Shown here in pieces: positions 50,498-61,125 of a stretch of 64,000 nucleotides of DNA (its first letter is position 1; each line of letters opens with the position of its first letter). Location of the stretch: positions 3,712,001 through 3,776,000 of the forward strand of contig OY970166.1 of assembly GCA_963706595.1 (NCBI GenBank), given 5' to 3'. The DNA is from an uncultured cyanobacterium. Its GTDB lineage: Bacteria; Cyanobacteriota; Cyanobacteriia; Cyanobacteriales; Nostocaceae. Below the pieces are notes generated by a model. It did not search any database. It was not told where the DNA came from and saw only the letters and a program-made list of their open reading frames with translations. The position numbers and the translations under genes were made by a program.

Positions 50498-51824
50498 TCA
50501 TTGGCAACCAAATCATAAAAGTATTTCCCGGTGCATCGGCTGAAGACATATTTGAGTTAATTGCAGGGCTGAAAATTTCAATTTCGCCCTGCATTTGTTG
50601 TATTAACTGTTTGGCGATCGCTAGCCCCAAACCACTACCAGGAATTTCAGTTTGCGCTTGTACTCCCCGATAATGGCGTTCTCCCAAATGTGCTAAATCT
50701 TCTGGGGGAATCCCAGATCCAGTATTACTAATAGCAATTCCTTGAAAATTAGCTTTTTCTTGCCCTACCTGAATGAAAATCTTGCCGCCTGGAGGAGTGT
50801 ATTTCAAGGCATTATCAATAATATTGCTCAATACTTCTTGCAATGCCTTGACATTAACTTGTACCAGTGGTAGATTCCTGGGAATTTCTGTTTTCAGTTG
50901 TAGATGACGTTCCTGTGCTATTGCTTGAGCTGACACTAATAATGGTGTTAATAAATCAACTACAAAGCAATCAGTTTCTTTCTCTCCCGTTCCCGGCAAC
51001 AATAACGCTGGTTTGCGTTCTTTTTCTACAGTTGCTTCTACAAATACTTCATTTTCCGGCAATGACAAAGGCGCTAAATCTGCCTCAGTCCAATCAATTA
51101 CTTGATCGAACTGTCGCAGCAATTCTTCCAGGCGATCGCTTTCTCGGACAATATTCACTCCTACTTCTCGATTAGGATCACCTTGTCGCAGGCGTTTTAA
51201 TAGCAATTTGCCAAAGGTTCTGATTGCTGTTAAGGGGTTACGAAACTGGTGCAGGAGGTTATCGAGCAAATCTCGCTGCTGTTCTTGGATAATTTGCTGT
51301 TGATGTAGCTGATGCTGTAACCAAGCGCGACGTTGATCTAGAATACAGGCGATCGCCAGCGTCTGGACTATTTTCTGAATTTCGCTTTGCTCTTTTTCAT
51401 TCCATCCCCTGTCTTCTCTACCTGTCACCAATAGCCCCATCATCACACCTTCATGGATCAGAGGCAGCACAATTTGGTGGCCACTGAGTCGATATTCCTC
51501 TTTTATATCTGGTGCTTCAGCATCTGCTTTCGTTGTCTCCTGTGATGAAATCGGTGATCCCGTCCCAGCTGTCAATAACTTACTATGTTGCTGAGGTAAT
51601 ACCAAAACATCCGCAACTGTGGCTTCAGCCATTTCATTCCCAGGCTGCAAGACTGCTGTCTCCGGGTAAACCACCACAGGAATCAGTTTGGCCTCGCCAG
51701 CAGGAGCATCTACCAACTCTTGTGTTAAGTAAACAACACTTAAAGATGCTCCCAGTCCTTGGGTTAGCAGTGCTATTTGCTCTCGGCATAGAGCAACAAA
51801 ATCTGAACTAGCAGACATTAACAT
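50376..51824 (-). CDS. GAF sensor histidine kinase, Hik2/CSK-like
   Basis: ASSDFVALCREQ N-terminus, VYLT, HQFRNPLTA H-box, DNALKY. Confidence 0.85.
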   Translation of the reverse strand: MLMSASSDFVALCREQIALLTQGLGASLSVVYLTQELVDAPAGEAKLIPVVVYPETAVLQPGNEMAEATVADVLVLPQQHSKLLTAGTGSPISSQETTKADAEAPDIKEEYRLSGHQIVLPLIHEGVMMGLLVTGREDRGWNEKEQSEIQKIVQTLAIACILDQRRAWLQHQLHQQQIIQEQQRDLLDNLLHQFRNPLTAIRTFGKLLLKRLRQGDPNREVGVNIVRESDRLEELLRQFDQVIDWTEADLAPLSLPENEVFVEATVEKERKPALLLPGTGEKETDCFVVDLLTPLLVSAQAIAQERHLQLKTEIPRNLPLVQVNVKALQEVLSNIIDNALKYTPPGGKIFIQVGQEKANFQGIAISNTGSGIPPEDLAHLGERHYRGVQAQTEIPGSGLGLAIAKQLIQQMQGEIEIFSPAINSNMSSADAPGNTFMIWLPMKRQGERGRGAGSREQGERGRGAGSREQGGEDGNFPMTNDQ

Positions 51825-52088
51825 TTTTTAGCTTTTGCTCAGGATCACAGAATTTAAGGGAAGATAGAAGAAAGTAGCTTTATTTTTGCTCACTCTTTGA
51901 ATAAAGCTTAACTAAATCTTTGTAGTAATGGTTTGCACCGGGGAATTATATGCTTTACCAATTTCAAACATTATTTTTCTGTATCAAAAGTTTAAGAACT
52001 ATTGATATTTTGAACTAGAACTTATATAATTGCGACGGATTTTGTAGCTATAACTACAATCTATAGCTTGAAAGAGGAGGAAAATCAA

Positions 52089-52409
52089 TTGGCAAGAAGA
52101 CGTAAGCGGAAAAGTCGCCGTCGCCAAGAAGGGCGACGCATTCTAGAACATGTGCCTCAATATAGCATCGAAAGTGGCGAAGAAAAACCTGTAACAGCAG
52201 CGAGAAAATTCATTCAAGCTGAAGGGATTGCGCCACCAGCATTGCTACTTGTCAAGCGAAATGAACACACCACAGACCGTTATTTTTGGGCAGAAAAGGG
52301 ACTGTTTGGCGCTCAATACGTTGAAGAAAACCATTTCTTGTTTCCCAGCCTGCGGACATTAGAATCTCCCGTAGGTCTAGAACCAGTGGCCATGGCTAGT
52401 AGCCGCTAA
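52089..52409 (+). CDS. DUF3155-family protein
   Basis: ARRRKRKSRRRQEGRRIL..FWAEKGLFGAQY; AGGAGG upstream of TTG. Confidence 0.8.
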   Translation: MARRRKRKSRRRQEGRRILEHVPQYSIESGEEKPVTAARKFIQAEGIAPPALLLVKRNEHTTDRYFWAEKGLFGAQYVEENHFLFPSLRTLESPVGLEPVAMASSR

Positions 52410-52670
52410 ATCATAAATGGTTATCTTAAAGTGTGTAATGTGACTTCTGACAATCATTTAACTGGTAAAGTTGTTCAGTTTATGCAAAGTTTTCGTTTTT
52501 TTTAAGTTTGTGACTGATTTGCCAGTATATCCAGTCCAGTTCATTGGATTTAATTAGAAAATCAACTTCTTCTCAAACCACGTTAGTTTGTATCGACCGC
52601 TTGATTTCTAGTCAAATGATGCAGAGGGGAGTCAGATAGAGCAATTAAATGATCACGTTTGGCTAAAGCG

Positions 52671-52694
52671 TGTTCGCGTAGCGTTCGCTCTGCG
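52671..52694. repeat. 24-nt small dispersed repeat (SDR-like)
   Basis: 21/24 identical to the reverse complement of the insert in tnpB (54664-54687). Confidence 0.7.
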
Positions 52695-52927
52695 AATAAG
52701 CTTACTCAGGGATAACCGCTCCCATGCTCCCATTGAAGTAAGAAATAAAGTCTAGACTGAATCTAGGTTTTATATAGCAGCAAAATGCATTTGCAAGTGA
52801 GAGTTGAGTTGCACTCTCCTCAAATGCGTTGTCAAAGAAGCTCTGTCAGCAAATATAATCTTTTCCCTACGATGCCATGTCGTAGGGAAAACTTATGTGG
52901 CCGCCAACTTTGTCCTCCTCCTTCATG

Positions 52928-53461
52928 TCAATCAGCAGATTTTAACTGTAAAGCCCTCTGTAACTCCATGAGTTCATCTCTATGGGCAATGATCGTAATT
53001 TTAGTTGCAGAGCTTAATTCCCCCTGGTTTGCTGATTCTATCTGGAAAGATACCTTTTCAAATCTTCCTGATTTTTTCCAATAAAACAGACCACTCAAAG
53101 GTGACAGTATTACTAATCCGATAAACAAAGTACCGAAGTTAGGAAAAAGCATCGATAAAACCAGCGCCAGACAGGCCATACCCCCAAATGCCAGCAGTGT
53201 TAAAAACACAGCTAAAAATAAGCTGGGTTGAACAAAACCTTCAAAAATTACTTGATTTTTTTCTCGGTCTATTGCTGCTACTTGGTAAGAACGGGAGCGA
53301 AAATACTCCTTAACTTTGGGCATTAAAGCGGCTTCATCTTGTTCAGATACCAGTTCTGCTTTTGTAATTCGGTCTTTGGTGGAAGCCCGAATAAAGAAAA
53401 ACAGACCAACTGATAACAACAAGGTGAGCAGCAAGGTAGATGGCACAATTGCAGTATCCAT
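52928..53461 (-). CDS. ccb1: Cytochrome b6 heme ci assembly factor CCB1 (DUF3529)
   Basis: GLFFFIRASTKDR, FYW, AHRDEL. Confidence 0.8.
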   Translation of the reverse strand: MDTAIVPSTLLLTLLLSVGLFFFIRASTKDRITKAELVSEQDEAALMPKVKEYFRSRSYQVAAIDREKNQVIFEGFVQPSLFLAVFLTLLAFGGMACLALVLSMLFPNFGTLFIGLVILSPLSGLFYWKKSGRFEKVSFQIESANQGELSSATKITIIAHRDELMELQRALQLKSAD

Positions 53462-53512
53462 AACTAAATTGTTATTTTTTTTATGCGAGGAGATTTATCT
53501 AGGATCAATTAT

Positions 53513-54951
53513 TGGTCTAACCCTCCATTCCTCTCACCACCAATCTGAGTATAGATTTGGTGGTGAGAGGAATGGAGGACTAATTGTGAAACGTCCCCTG
53601 AGTAATTTTGTGCGCTGGCACAAACAACGATGGGGACAGTTGAACAATTAGCAAATATTTTGCTGGCTAATGGTTTGTGCATTGTATTTTCTGCTATACT
53701 TGGATGAATTTTGGTAAGGATGCAATGCAAACAATATCTGTAAAATGCAAGCTTCAAGTACCTATACAGTTTCGGTCTGAGATAGACCGCACTTTGCAGG
53801 GGTTTGCCGACGCTTGCAATCAGATACATGAAGTTGCAAAGCGCGAGAAATGCTGGAATACGGTAAAGCTGCATCATCTGGTGTATGCACCCGTTAAGGC
53901 GCAGACAGGCATTAAAGCTAATCACGTCTGCCAAGCTATTCGCCGTGTAATTGGTAACGCCAAGGCAGTTAAACAAGTCCATAAGTTTAGACCAACATCT
54001 ATTAATTTGGATGCCCGGACTTTTCAATACTTGGAAGAACTGCAAACTGTTGGCGTTACATTGATGTGTGGTCGAGTTAAATTCAAGTTGTTGATTGGTA
54101 ATTACCAGTTGGCATTGCTTAAAGGGCAAGTACCGACAGCAGCAACGTTGAATAAAACTAAACAAGGTGACTATTACATCAATATTTGTGTTGATCTGCC
54201 CACTAATCCCACGGGCAAGACTCCCAAGGTAATTGGTGTCGATCTTGGGAGGCGTGACATAGCCACTACTTGCAATGGTAACTCTTGGAGTGGTAAACAG
54301 ATTCAAAACACTCGTGACCGATACAGTAAGGTCAGAGCTAATGTTCAAAGCAAACGCACTAGGAGTTCTAGAAAACTGCTTAGAAGGCTCACTGGCAGAG
54401 AACAAAGGTTTCAAAAGTGGCTGAATCACAACATATCGAAACAACTTGTTCAAGAGGCAAAGCAGACTAACTCTGCTCTTGCTTTTGAAGACTTGACTAA
54501 TATCAGACAATCGCTCAATCAGCAACCCAGAAGTAAGACTGAGCGACGTAGAACTAACAATTGGGCTTTTTACCAATTGCGGATTTTTGTTGACTACAAG
54601 GCAAATATTGCTGGTGTTCCAGTGGTATTTGTTCCACCTGCTTATACAAGTCAGACTTGTAAGCGCAAAGCGCACGCTACGCGAACGCAGTGTCACCATG
54701 TACACCCAGTCAAAGGTAAATCCTATCGTTCTGGCAAGTTGTTCAAATGTGGACATTGTGCTTTTGAGCATGACGCTGATATTAACGCTGCACTTAACAT
54801 TGCAGCTTTGGGGGTTTTTGTAAATAACCCTGAAGTTCCGGGGATTGCTTGCTTGTTGTCAGGACCACTTAGCTTGTTTCCGACAGGTGGTGAAATCTGG
54901 GACAAAGCCTACTCCGCATTTGGGAAGGACAAATCGGTGTAGGTAGTTTAC
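53513..54951 (+). mobile_element. IS200/IS605-family tnpB-only (IS1341-like) element
   Basis: Left hairpin 53522-53578 after TTAT; right end AAAGCCTAC..GTAGGTAGTTTAC; no tnpA; left boundary +/-1 nt. Confidence 0.85.
53725..54942 (+). CDS. tnpB: RNA-guided endonuclease TnpB
   Basis: RuvC GVDLG / AFEDL / DADINAA, YTSQTC zinc finger with an 8-aa insert. Confidence 0.95.
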   Translation: MQTISVKCKLQVPIQFRSEIDRTLQGFADACNQIHEVAKREKCWNTVKLHHLVYAPVKAQTGIKANHVCQAIRRVIGNAKAVKQVHKFRPTSINLDARTFQYLEELQTVGVTLMCGRVKFKLLIGNYQLALLKGQVPTAATLNKTKQGDYYINICVDLPTNPTGKTPKVIGVDLGRRDIATTCNGNSWSGKQIQNTRDRYSKVRANVQSKRTRSSRKLLRRLTGREQRFQKWLNHNISKQLVQEAKQTNSALAFEDLTNIRQSLNQQPRSKTERRRTNNWAFYQLRIFVDYKANIAGVPVVFVPPAYTSQTCKRKAHATRTQCHHVHPVKGKSYRSGKLFKCGHCAFEHDADINAALNIAALGVFVNNPEVPGIACLLSGPLSLFPTGGEIWDKAYSAFGKDKSV

Positions 54952-55298
54952 TAATTTGTTCTCCCCTTGGTGTAATCTTGCCAAAGTTGCGCTAAATGTT
55001 GTGATTGTTCTTGCCATTGTGGAGAAACTTGGTACATCCGTCTGGGGCGACCTCGCCCTTCGAGCTTCTTCCAATACCCATTAATCGCACTTTCGTCTTC
55101 GAGAAATTTAATCGCACTATAAAGTACGGTATCTGAAAGCCGATAGGTAGGGTATTCAGTTTCCAGTCGCTGGATCAACTCAGTTCCGTAGGATTCACCC
55201 TGCAATAAAATATACACAATGTAGCAAATTGCTAGTTCCTGACAGAGATAAGTTGGCGGAGGATTCTCAAAGAATTGATATATATCCTCAAGTTTCAT
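54951..55298 (-). CDS. pex: Circadian period extender Pex (PadR family)
   Basis: FENPPPTYLCQE, ESYGTELI, LSDTVLY, GRGRPRRMY. Confidence 0.88.
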   Translation of the reverse strand: MKLEDIYQFFENPPPTYLCQELAICYIVYILLQGESYGTELIQRLETEYPTYRLSDTVLYSAIKFLEDESAINGYWKKLEGRGRPRRMYQVSPQWQEQSQHLAQLWQDYTKGRTN

Positions 55299-55836
55299 GG
55301 TTTAGTGAATGGCTAAAAAATGCCTGGTAATAGTGGTATTTACAATCCTGGTAGACAGTATATAGTGCTACTACAAAATAAGCAGTTATATATGGCTACT
55401 TTGGCAGGGTATTCCCAGGTTAAACATTACAACAATTACCCACACGGCTAAAGTCGCGGGACGGATGTGCAAGTTTTAGGAGCGCAATATACTACGTTCC
55501 TACCCCAGTTATAGGTATTGTGGAGAGGAGCAATTAAAGCGATCGCCTGGTCAGCTTCCAGGTGTCAAGTGATGCCAAACTGGTTAGAACTGCCTAAGCA
55601 TAAAATGCCATCGAAGAAATTTTACAAGCAAAATGGCGTTTTGTCTGCAAAAGTTAATAAACACTTTGTTTTACAGTGATTATCCCAGTACAAAAGCTCA
55701 AAAATTCAGTCGTGTGAAAACTCGGCATAAACACCTATAAGCTCGTAAACACAATCAAATCAGCATTCAACACTGACACTCCATCTAGTAAATGTGATAT
55801 TAAATTTAACAAGTCCTTAGCACATTAGTGATCAGT

Positions 55837-56415
55837 ATGTCAGAAAACCCCGACACCCCATCGTCTTCGTCTAATCTCCGCGCGATCGCCCAAACCTTTC
55901 GCCTCACAGGTTGGATTAGCTTTTGGATTCAGTTAGTCCTAGGAGTTGTTTCTGCCATTATTGTGCTGCTATTTGCAATATTTAGTCAGCAGCGAACCGG
56001 CACAGGCAATAATCCTGGAACTGGGTTTGGCGTATTTTTAGCAGTTTGCGGAATTTTGATTTTAGGTGGCGGCATTTATTTGGCTTACCGCTATACCAGA
56101 ATAGGTAATCAATTGCAATCCTCAAATCCCAGTAACCGCCCTCGCAAAAGTGAGACGCTGCAAGTATTACGCCTGGGACTGTGGATTAATTTAGTGGGAA
56201 TGCTAGTCACATTATTGGGTTCACAAGCGATCGTGGGGACATTGGTAGCCAGGTCGATCTCTCCCCAAGCCGCAACCACTCAATTATTTGACCCCACGCG
56301 GATTATTAGCGGTCTAGATATGCTTGTAGTCCAGGCAAACATCAACACCGTCTCAGCCCACTTCGCAGGGCTTGTCGTGTCCATTTGGCTGCTTAATCGC
56401 ATTACTAAAAATTGA
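55837..56415 (+). CDS. DUF3611-family membrane protein
   Basis: GWISFWIQL, LD..VVQAN.N...AHF. Confidence 0.75.
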   Translation: MSENPDTPSSSSNLRAIAQTFRLTGWISFWIQLVLGVVSAIIVLLFAIFSQQRTGTGNNPGTGFGVFLAVCGILILGGGIYLAYRYTRIGNQLQSSNPSNRPRKSETLQVLRLGLWINLVGMLVTLLGSQAIVGTLVARSISPQAATTQLFDPTRIISGLDMLVVQANINTVSAHFAGLVVSIWLLNRITKN

Positions 56416-56574
56416 AAGCTTTAGTTGGAATCAGAATTAATATAGAATTTTCTAGCTTGAGCAAGATTAGCAAAGCAAAATTGTGGGACTGGCAATTCCT
56501 GCCCTACCAAGCCAAAATCAGGATATGCTGATGTTTTGGCAAGAAGACACTAGGCAAAAAACCGAGAAAAATCT

Positions 56575-57855
56575 GTGCTGGATATTAAGCAAATACGGGA
56601 AAATCCCCAATTAATCCAAGAACGTTTGAACAGTCGTAGTGGTAAATACGACATCGAACCGATTTTACAGTTAGACAAGCAACAACGGGAACTGGAGGGG
56701 ACACGCAGTAAACTTCAAGCCCGCAGTAACGAAATTGGTAAGCTTGTAGGACAGAAGATTAAATCTGGTACTGATCCGAAATCTCCAGAAATTCAAGCCT
56801 TGCGGGACGAAGGTAACGACCTTAAAGCCCAATTAAGTGAACTGGAACCCCAAGAAAAAGCCCTCAAAGCCGAAATTGAGCAACTGGTGTTAGCACTTCC
56901 TAATTTACCCAGTGAGTTCACACCTTTTGGCACAAGTGAAAATGATAATCAAGAGGTGCGACGCTGGGGTGATGAATATCTACCTGAAAACCCGAAGATT
57001 ATTCCCCATTGGGAAATCGGGGAAAAAATGGGTATTCTCAACTTTGAGCGAGCTGTGAAAGTTGCCCAAAGTCGGTTTGTAACTCTCGTTGGTGCGGGTG
57101 CGGCTTTAGAAAGGGCATTAATTCAGTTTATGCTGAAGACGCAAACAGAAGCCGGCTATGTAGAAGTTAGTCCGCCGTTGTTAGTGAATACTGATGCTTT
57201 AACCGGAACAGGTCAGTTACCGAAGTTTGCGGAAGAAAGTTTTAAATGTGCTGATGATGAATTGTGGTTGATACCCACAGCAGAAGTTCCCGTTACCAAC
57301 CTTTACCGAGGAGAAATTTTAGCTGCGGAAGAATTACCAATTTATCACTGTGCTTATACTCCCTGTTTTCGGCGGGAAGCGGGAAGTTATGGGCGAGATA
57401 TGCGGGGTTTAATTCGTCTGCATCAATTCAATAAAGTTGAGTTAGTAAAAGTTGTTCATCCCAGTTCTTCTTTTGATGAATTGGAAAAATTAGTAGTCAA
57501 TGCCGAAGCAATTTTACAAGCTTTGAAATTACCTTATCGAGTCATTAATTTATGTACTGCTGATTTAGGTTTTGGGGCTACGAAAACCTATGATTTAGAA
57601 GTATGGTTGCCTTCTTCTGGGAAGTATCGAGAAATTTCCAGTTGTTCTAATTGTGTAGATTTTCAAGCACGCCGGGCTGATATTCGCTTTAAGGAAGCGG
57701 GTAAGAAAGGGACGCAGTTTGTCCATACTTTAAACGGTTCCGGCTTGGCTGTGGGTAGAACTATGGCAGCGATTTTGGAGAATTATCAGCAACCTGATGG
57801 GACGATTAAAGTACCAGAGGTTTTGCAGGTTTATTTGGGTAGGGAGATTTTGTAG
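56575..57855 (+). CDS. serS: Serine--tRNA ligase
   Basis: [30 protein letters not shown]. Confidence 0.98.
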   Translation: MLDIKQIRENPQLIQERLNSRSGKYDIEPILQLDKQQRELEGTRSKLQARSNEIGKLVGQKIKSGTDPKSPEIQALRDEGNDLKAQLSELEPQEKALKAEIEQLVLALPNLPSEFTPFGTSENDNQEVRRWGDEYLPENPKIIPHWEIGEKMGILNFERAVKVAQSRFVTLVGAGAALERALIQFMLKTQTEAGYVEVSPPLLVNTDALTGTGQLPKFAEESFKCADDELWLIPTAEVPVTNLYRGEILAAEELPIYHCAYTPCFRREAGSYGRDMRGLIRLHQFNKVELVKVVHPSSSFDELEKLVVNAEAILQALKLPYRVINLCTADLGFGATKTYDLEVWLPSSGKYREISSCSNCVDFQARRADIRFKEAGKKGTQFVHTLNGSGLAVGRTMAAILENYQQPDGTIKVPEVLQVYLGREIL

Positions 57856-58038
57856 TTTAGGGGTTTTTGTAGAGGCGTTTGGGGTGCGTCTCTACAGTAA
57901 ATTTACGTAAAGCATACTGAATTTATAATTAATTTATAGTATGTATGATAAATTAATTATTGATGAAGCTGTAATTGACTTACATAGCTACTTTTATCAA
58001 TACTTGATTTTGAAAATAGTATATACATGAGTAACTAA

Positions 58039-58659
58039 ATGTCTATTATAAACCTGATTGTAATTGCAGTATTTTATATTATTTACTGGATATTTTTTGG
58101 TCGTGATCTTAAAATTATTGGAATATGTATTTGGAGAGCTTTAGGTCTTTCTATCCCAACATTTATGGGAGCCATTGTAGGAATTGTTGAAATATATCAC
58201 TTTCTATTTTTATATTTAAAACTTTTAGTTAATCAAGTTCCAGACTTTTACTTTTTTCTATTTCCTGTTTTATTATTTTTATTATTATCTTTAGTTATAT
58301 ATCTAGGTTTGATAGGATTATATTTACTATTGCTGAAAATATTTTGGAGTAATCCTCCTCAATGGCTTAAGTTTAGAAATTGGCAAACAATTATTTTAGG
58401 TTTTGTTATTTCTGTATTCGCTACTTTACCTGCTGCAATAACCTATGCACCATTTCTTGCACTAATTCCCAAGAGTGAATTAATTATAGACACTTTGATG
58501 AAAAAAGGTTATGAAGCATCAGATATTATAAGTGCTATGTTTTTAATTTGGTTCTTGTTTGCAGTTGAGTTATATCATGCTGAGTATAGGTTTCGGATAT
58601 GGTATGTATCTAGAAGAAAAACAAAAAATCCATGCAGATCATCTTGTAGGGTGTGTTAA
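58039..58659 (+). CDS. AT-rich polytopic membrane hypothetical protein
   Basis: 206-aa ORF with about five hydrophobic segments. Confidence 0.6.
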   Translation: MSIINLIVIAVFYIIYWIFFGRDLKIIGICIWRALGLSIPTFMGAIVGIVEIYHFLFLYLKLLVNQVPDFYFFLFPVLLFLLLSLVIYLGLIGLYLLLLKIFWSNPPQWLKFRNWQTIILGFVISVFATLPAAITYAPFLALIPKSELIIDTLMKKGYEASDIISAMFLIWFLFAVELYHAEYRFRIWYVSRRKTKNPCRSSCRVC

Positions 58660-58727
58660 TGAAATGTAACGCACCATCTTTTATTGATATTTAATCGGTG
58701 CGTTACGCTATCGCTAACACACCCTAC
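58646..58727. repeat. REPIN-like inverted pair GTAGGGTGTGTT..CGCACC / GGTGCG..ACACACCCTAC
   Basis: Same family at 5618/6239 and near 61060. Confidence 0.8.
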
Positions 58728-58813
58728 ATTTTTTGAATGCGATATTCTCACCAGTGAGATTTCACGAAATATTCTGTAGTGAAAATTTTGCGGTTGATAC
58801 AATTTCACAACTT

Positions 58814-60103
58814 TCAATTCTGCTTTTGTGCCAAAATTACATAATCATCTAATGTATAGTGAGACTCATATTTCTGAGCCAAATATTTTTGCATCATCGG
58901 ACTCATATACAGTTGCTTAGGTAAATTTTCTCTAGCAAATTTACCAAATTTACTAGCAGAAACAGGTAGTCGAGAATCTGTAGATGTTAAATATCTATAC
59001 CAGACCAGGTTTAAACCTAAATCCGAAAGAAACTGAATAACAATATTTTTTTCCTGTTCTACATTTTTACTTTGTTGACATTTATAAAGACTAAATAATC
59101 TTTTATCCTGTATGACTAACAAAACATAACCTTGAGAACTTAAACTTTTAGTAATGATGTCTTGATAAATCCTATTAACTTGTAGTATTTGATTTTTATC
59201 GGCAAAAAAACAATGCGAAATGATAATGAAGTCAAAAAAATCATTAGGTAAATTATCCGCTTGATAATTCCAATTAAAGATGTTAGCAGTCACAAACCGA
59301 AAGTAAGCATTGATAGGGGTTATCTGCGACTCAATATATCTTCGCCAAAACTGAAGTCCTTTAAATTGGAAAGTATCTTGCTGGTCTAAAGAGTAATAGG
59401 ATATATGGATCGGGGGAATATTAAAAAACTTAAGACCACTTTTAAGAAATAAAGCTAACCCATAAGCAACTGTTCCTGGTCCTGATCCAATATCAAGAAT
59501 TTTTACCTGCGTCGGTAGTAGTCCATCCTGATAAATCAGAAACCAAGCTAAATATATACAATATACACCTTCTAAAAAATACTTCATAAAATAGACATGA
59601 GGAGTCAAACTCAAACCGTAGTTTGGGTCTTGTCCAATTTTTAATTTATGAATATCTTCTAAAGCATCTTCTAGTTTAATAGCTAACTGTTGTTCAGACA
59701 TTTTACCAAACTCTGCTTGTAGGTATTCAACCAGACTAGCTTCCAAACCATCAAATATTTCTTGGTCAATCCCAGTCACTTGTAGCTTATATTCATCATG
59801 CTGGACTAAATTAAAAGTTTCATAGATAAATTTAATAAACTTTTCGTCTGGTGCTAATGTGAGATTATCTGTTTGATGAGGCGCAGATGTTATTTGTTTA
59901 GTTAAATTTTCTATCTCCCGTTTATAATCTTGAGAATAACGCTCAATTTTTAGCTTATCCCTAAATAATTTTTCTATCCAAGAAAAACTCGCACCTGATT
60001 TCTGAATAGTTTGCAATAACTGTACTGCTTTTTTTGTATCCCCACGTTTCAAAGCCGAGTTAAATTGCTGACTACGCCACCAATTAGCAATGGGATTACT
60101 CAT
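58814..60103 (-). CDS. Class I SAM-dependent methyltransferase-like protein (Rsm22-like motif) with N-terminal helical region
   Basis: ILDIGSGPGT motif I, FDFIIISH, GYVLLV. Confidence 0.7.
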   Translation of the reverse strand: MSNPIANWWRSQQFNSALKRGDTKKAVQLLQTIQKSGASFSWIEKLFRDKLKIERYSQDYKREIENLTKQITSAPHQTDNLTLAPDEKFIKFIYETFNLVQHDEYKLQVTGIDQEIFDGLEASLVEYLQAEFGKMSEQQLAIKLEDALEDIHKLKIGQDPNYGLSLTPHVYFMKYFLEGVYCIYLAWFLIYQDGLLPTQVKILDIGSGPGTVAYGLALFLKSGLKFFNIPPIHISYYSLDQQDTFQFKGLQFWRRYIESQITPINAYFRFVTANIFNWNYQADNLPNDFFDFIIISHCFFADKNQILQVNRIYQDIITKSLSSQGYVLLVIQDKRLFSLYKCQQSKNVEQEKNIVIQFLSDLGLNLVWYRYLTSTDSRLPVSASKFGKFARENLPKQLYMSPMMQKYLAQKYESHYTLDDYVILAQKQN

Positions 60104-61034
60104 ACCCAAAACCCTCCTTACCTTCTTTAATTTCTACACCTGGAAGTTGATTAAATAACTTTTCTTTAAATTTGAGGTAACTAAAATTTTCCGCATTATA
60201 CCACCAATCATATTTTTGCTTAATTTCCTCAGCTTCTTGGCGAGTTGAGGCGATGAGGGAACGACGATGATTAGCATGAAAATCTTGAATTACCACTCTA
60301 TCAGCAACAGCCAATTTACTAATAAAAGCAGCTTCATCAGTGTATAGAGTAGGAAGTAAGGGAGTAATCGTAATAGATATTTTGGGGACAAACCCTTTAA
60401 AAGAGTCAATACTTTGCTTCAGTTTAATGATGGCATTTAATCTGGCTCTAACGCTAGGCGATCGCGGTTCAAAATCCCGCCGCACTGATTCACTCCCCGT
60501 CGGAATACTCATATTAATTCGCAAGCGCTGAAAACGTTGTAAATAATCAATATCTCTAGTAATAATGGGACTGCGAGTTTGAATTACTAACGTTGGTGTA
60601 GGATAACCATCATCCCTCACATCTAGCATTACCTCCAACAATCTGCGAGTCAATTGATGTCGAGATTCCAGAGGTTGATAAGGATCTGTAACACTACTCA
60701 TGTAAATTCTGGGAGGAGTTTGAGGATATTGCTTATACCATTTTTGTAATTCTTTAGTTAAAACTTCCGCAGCATTATCTTTAACAATTACCCATTTACC
60801 CCAATCGTCGCGCATCTGAGTATTCGGACTAAATGCAGCCGCATAACAATAACTACAACCATACTGACAACCCCGGTAAGGATTGAGAGTAAAATCATAA
60901 TCACCAATAAAACCGCTAGCTTTTGTCAGCAAAGACTTAGCATTTTGTCCATAAACCTGAGTATCACCGAATTTTTCTCTAACTAATTTAGTCGGCTGTA
61001 CGTCACAATAACCTTCATATTTTGCTTTTGCCAT
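60096..61034 (-). CDS. Radical SAM protein, spore photoproduct lyase-like
   Basis: NPYRGCQYGCSYCYA, SVTDPYQP, QTRS, FEP. Confidence 0.9.
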   Translation of the reverse strand: MAKAKYEGYCDVQPTKLVREKFGDTQVYGQNAKSLLTKASGFIGDYDFTLNPYRGCQYGCSYCYAAAFSPNTQMRDDWGKWVIVKDNAAEVLTKELQKWYKQYPQTPPRIYMSSVTDPYQPLESRHQLTRRLLEVMLDVRDDGYPTPTLVIQTRSPIITRDIDYLQRFQRLRINMSIPTGSESVRRDFEPRSPSVRARLNAIIKLKQSIDSFKGFVPKISITITPLLPTLYTDEAAFISKLAVADRVVIQDFHANHRRSLIASTRQEAEEIKQKYDWWYNAENFSYLKFKEKLFNQLPGVEIKEGKEGFGYE

Positions 61035-61125
61035 TTTTAATATTGAGTATTTAATAAGGGTGCGTTAGCCTAATGCTACACACCCTACTTTATATAATGC
61101 CCATTTTTGATCGCTGAATAACGCC

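Noticed and set aside
53509..54771. 420-aa ORF antisense to tnpB
   Set aside because: Shadow ORF of tnpB with no recognisable motifs
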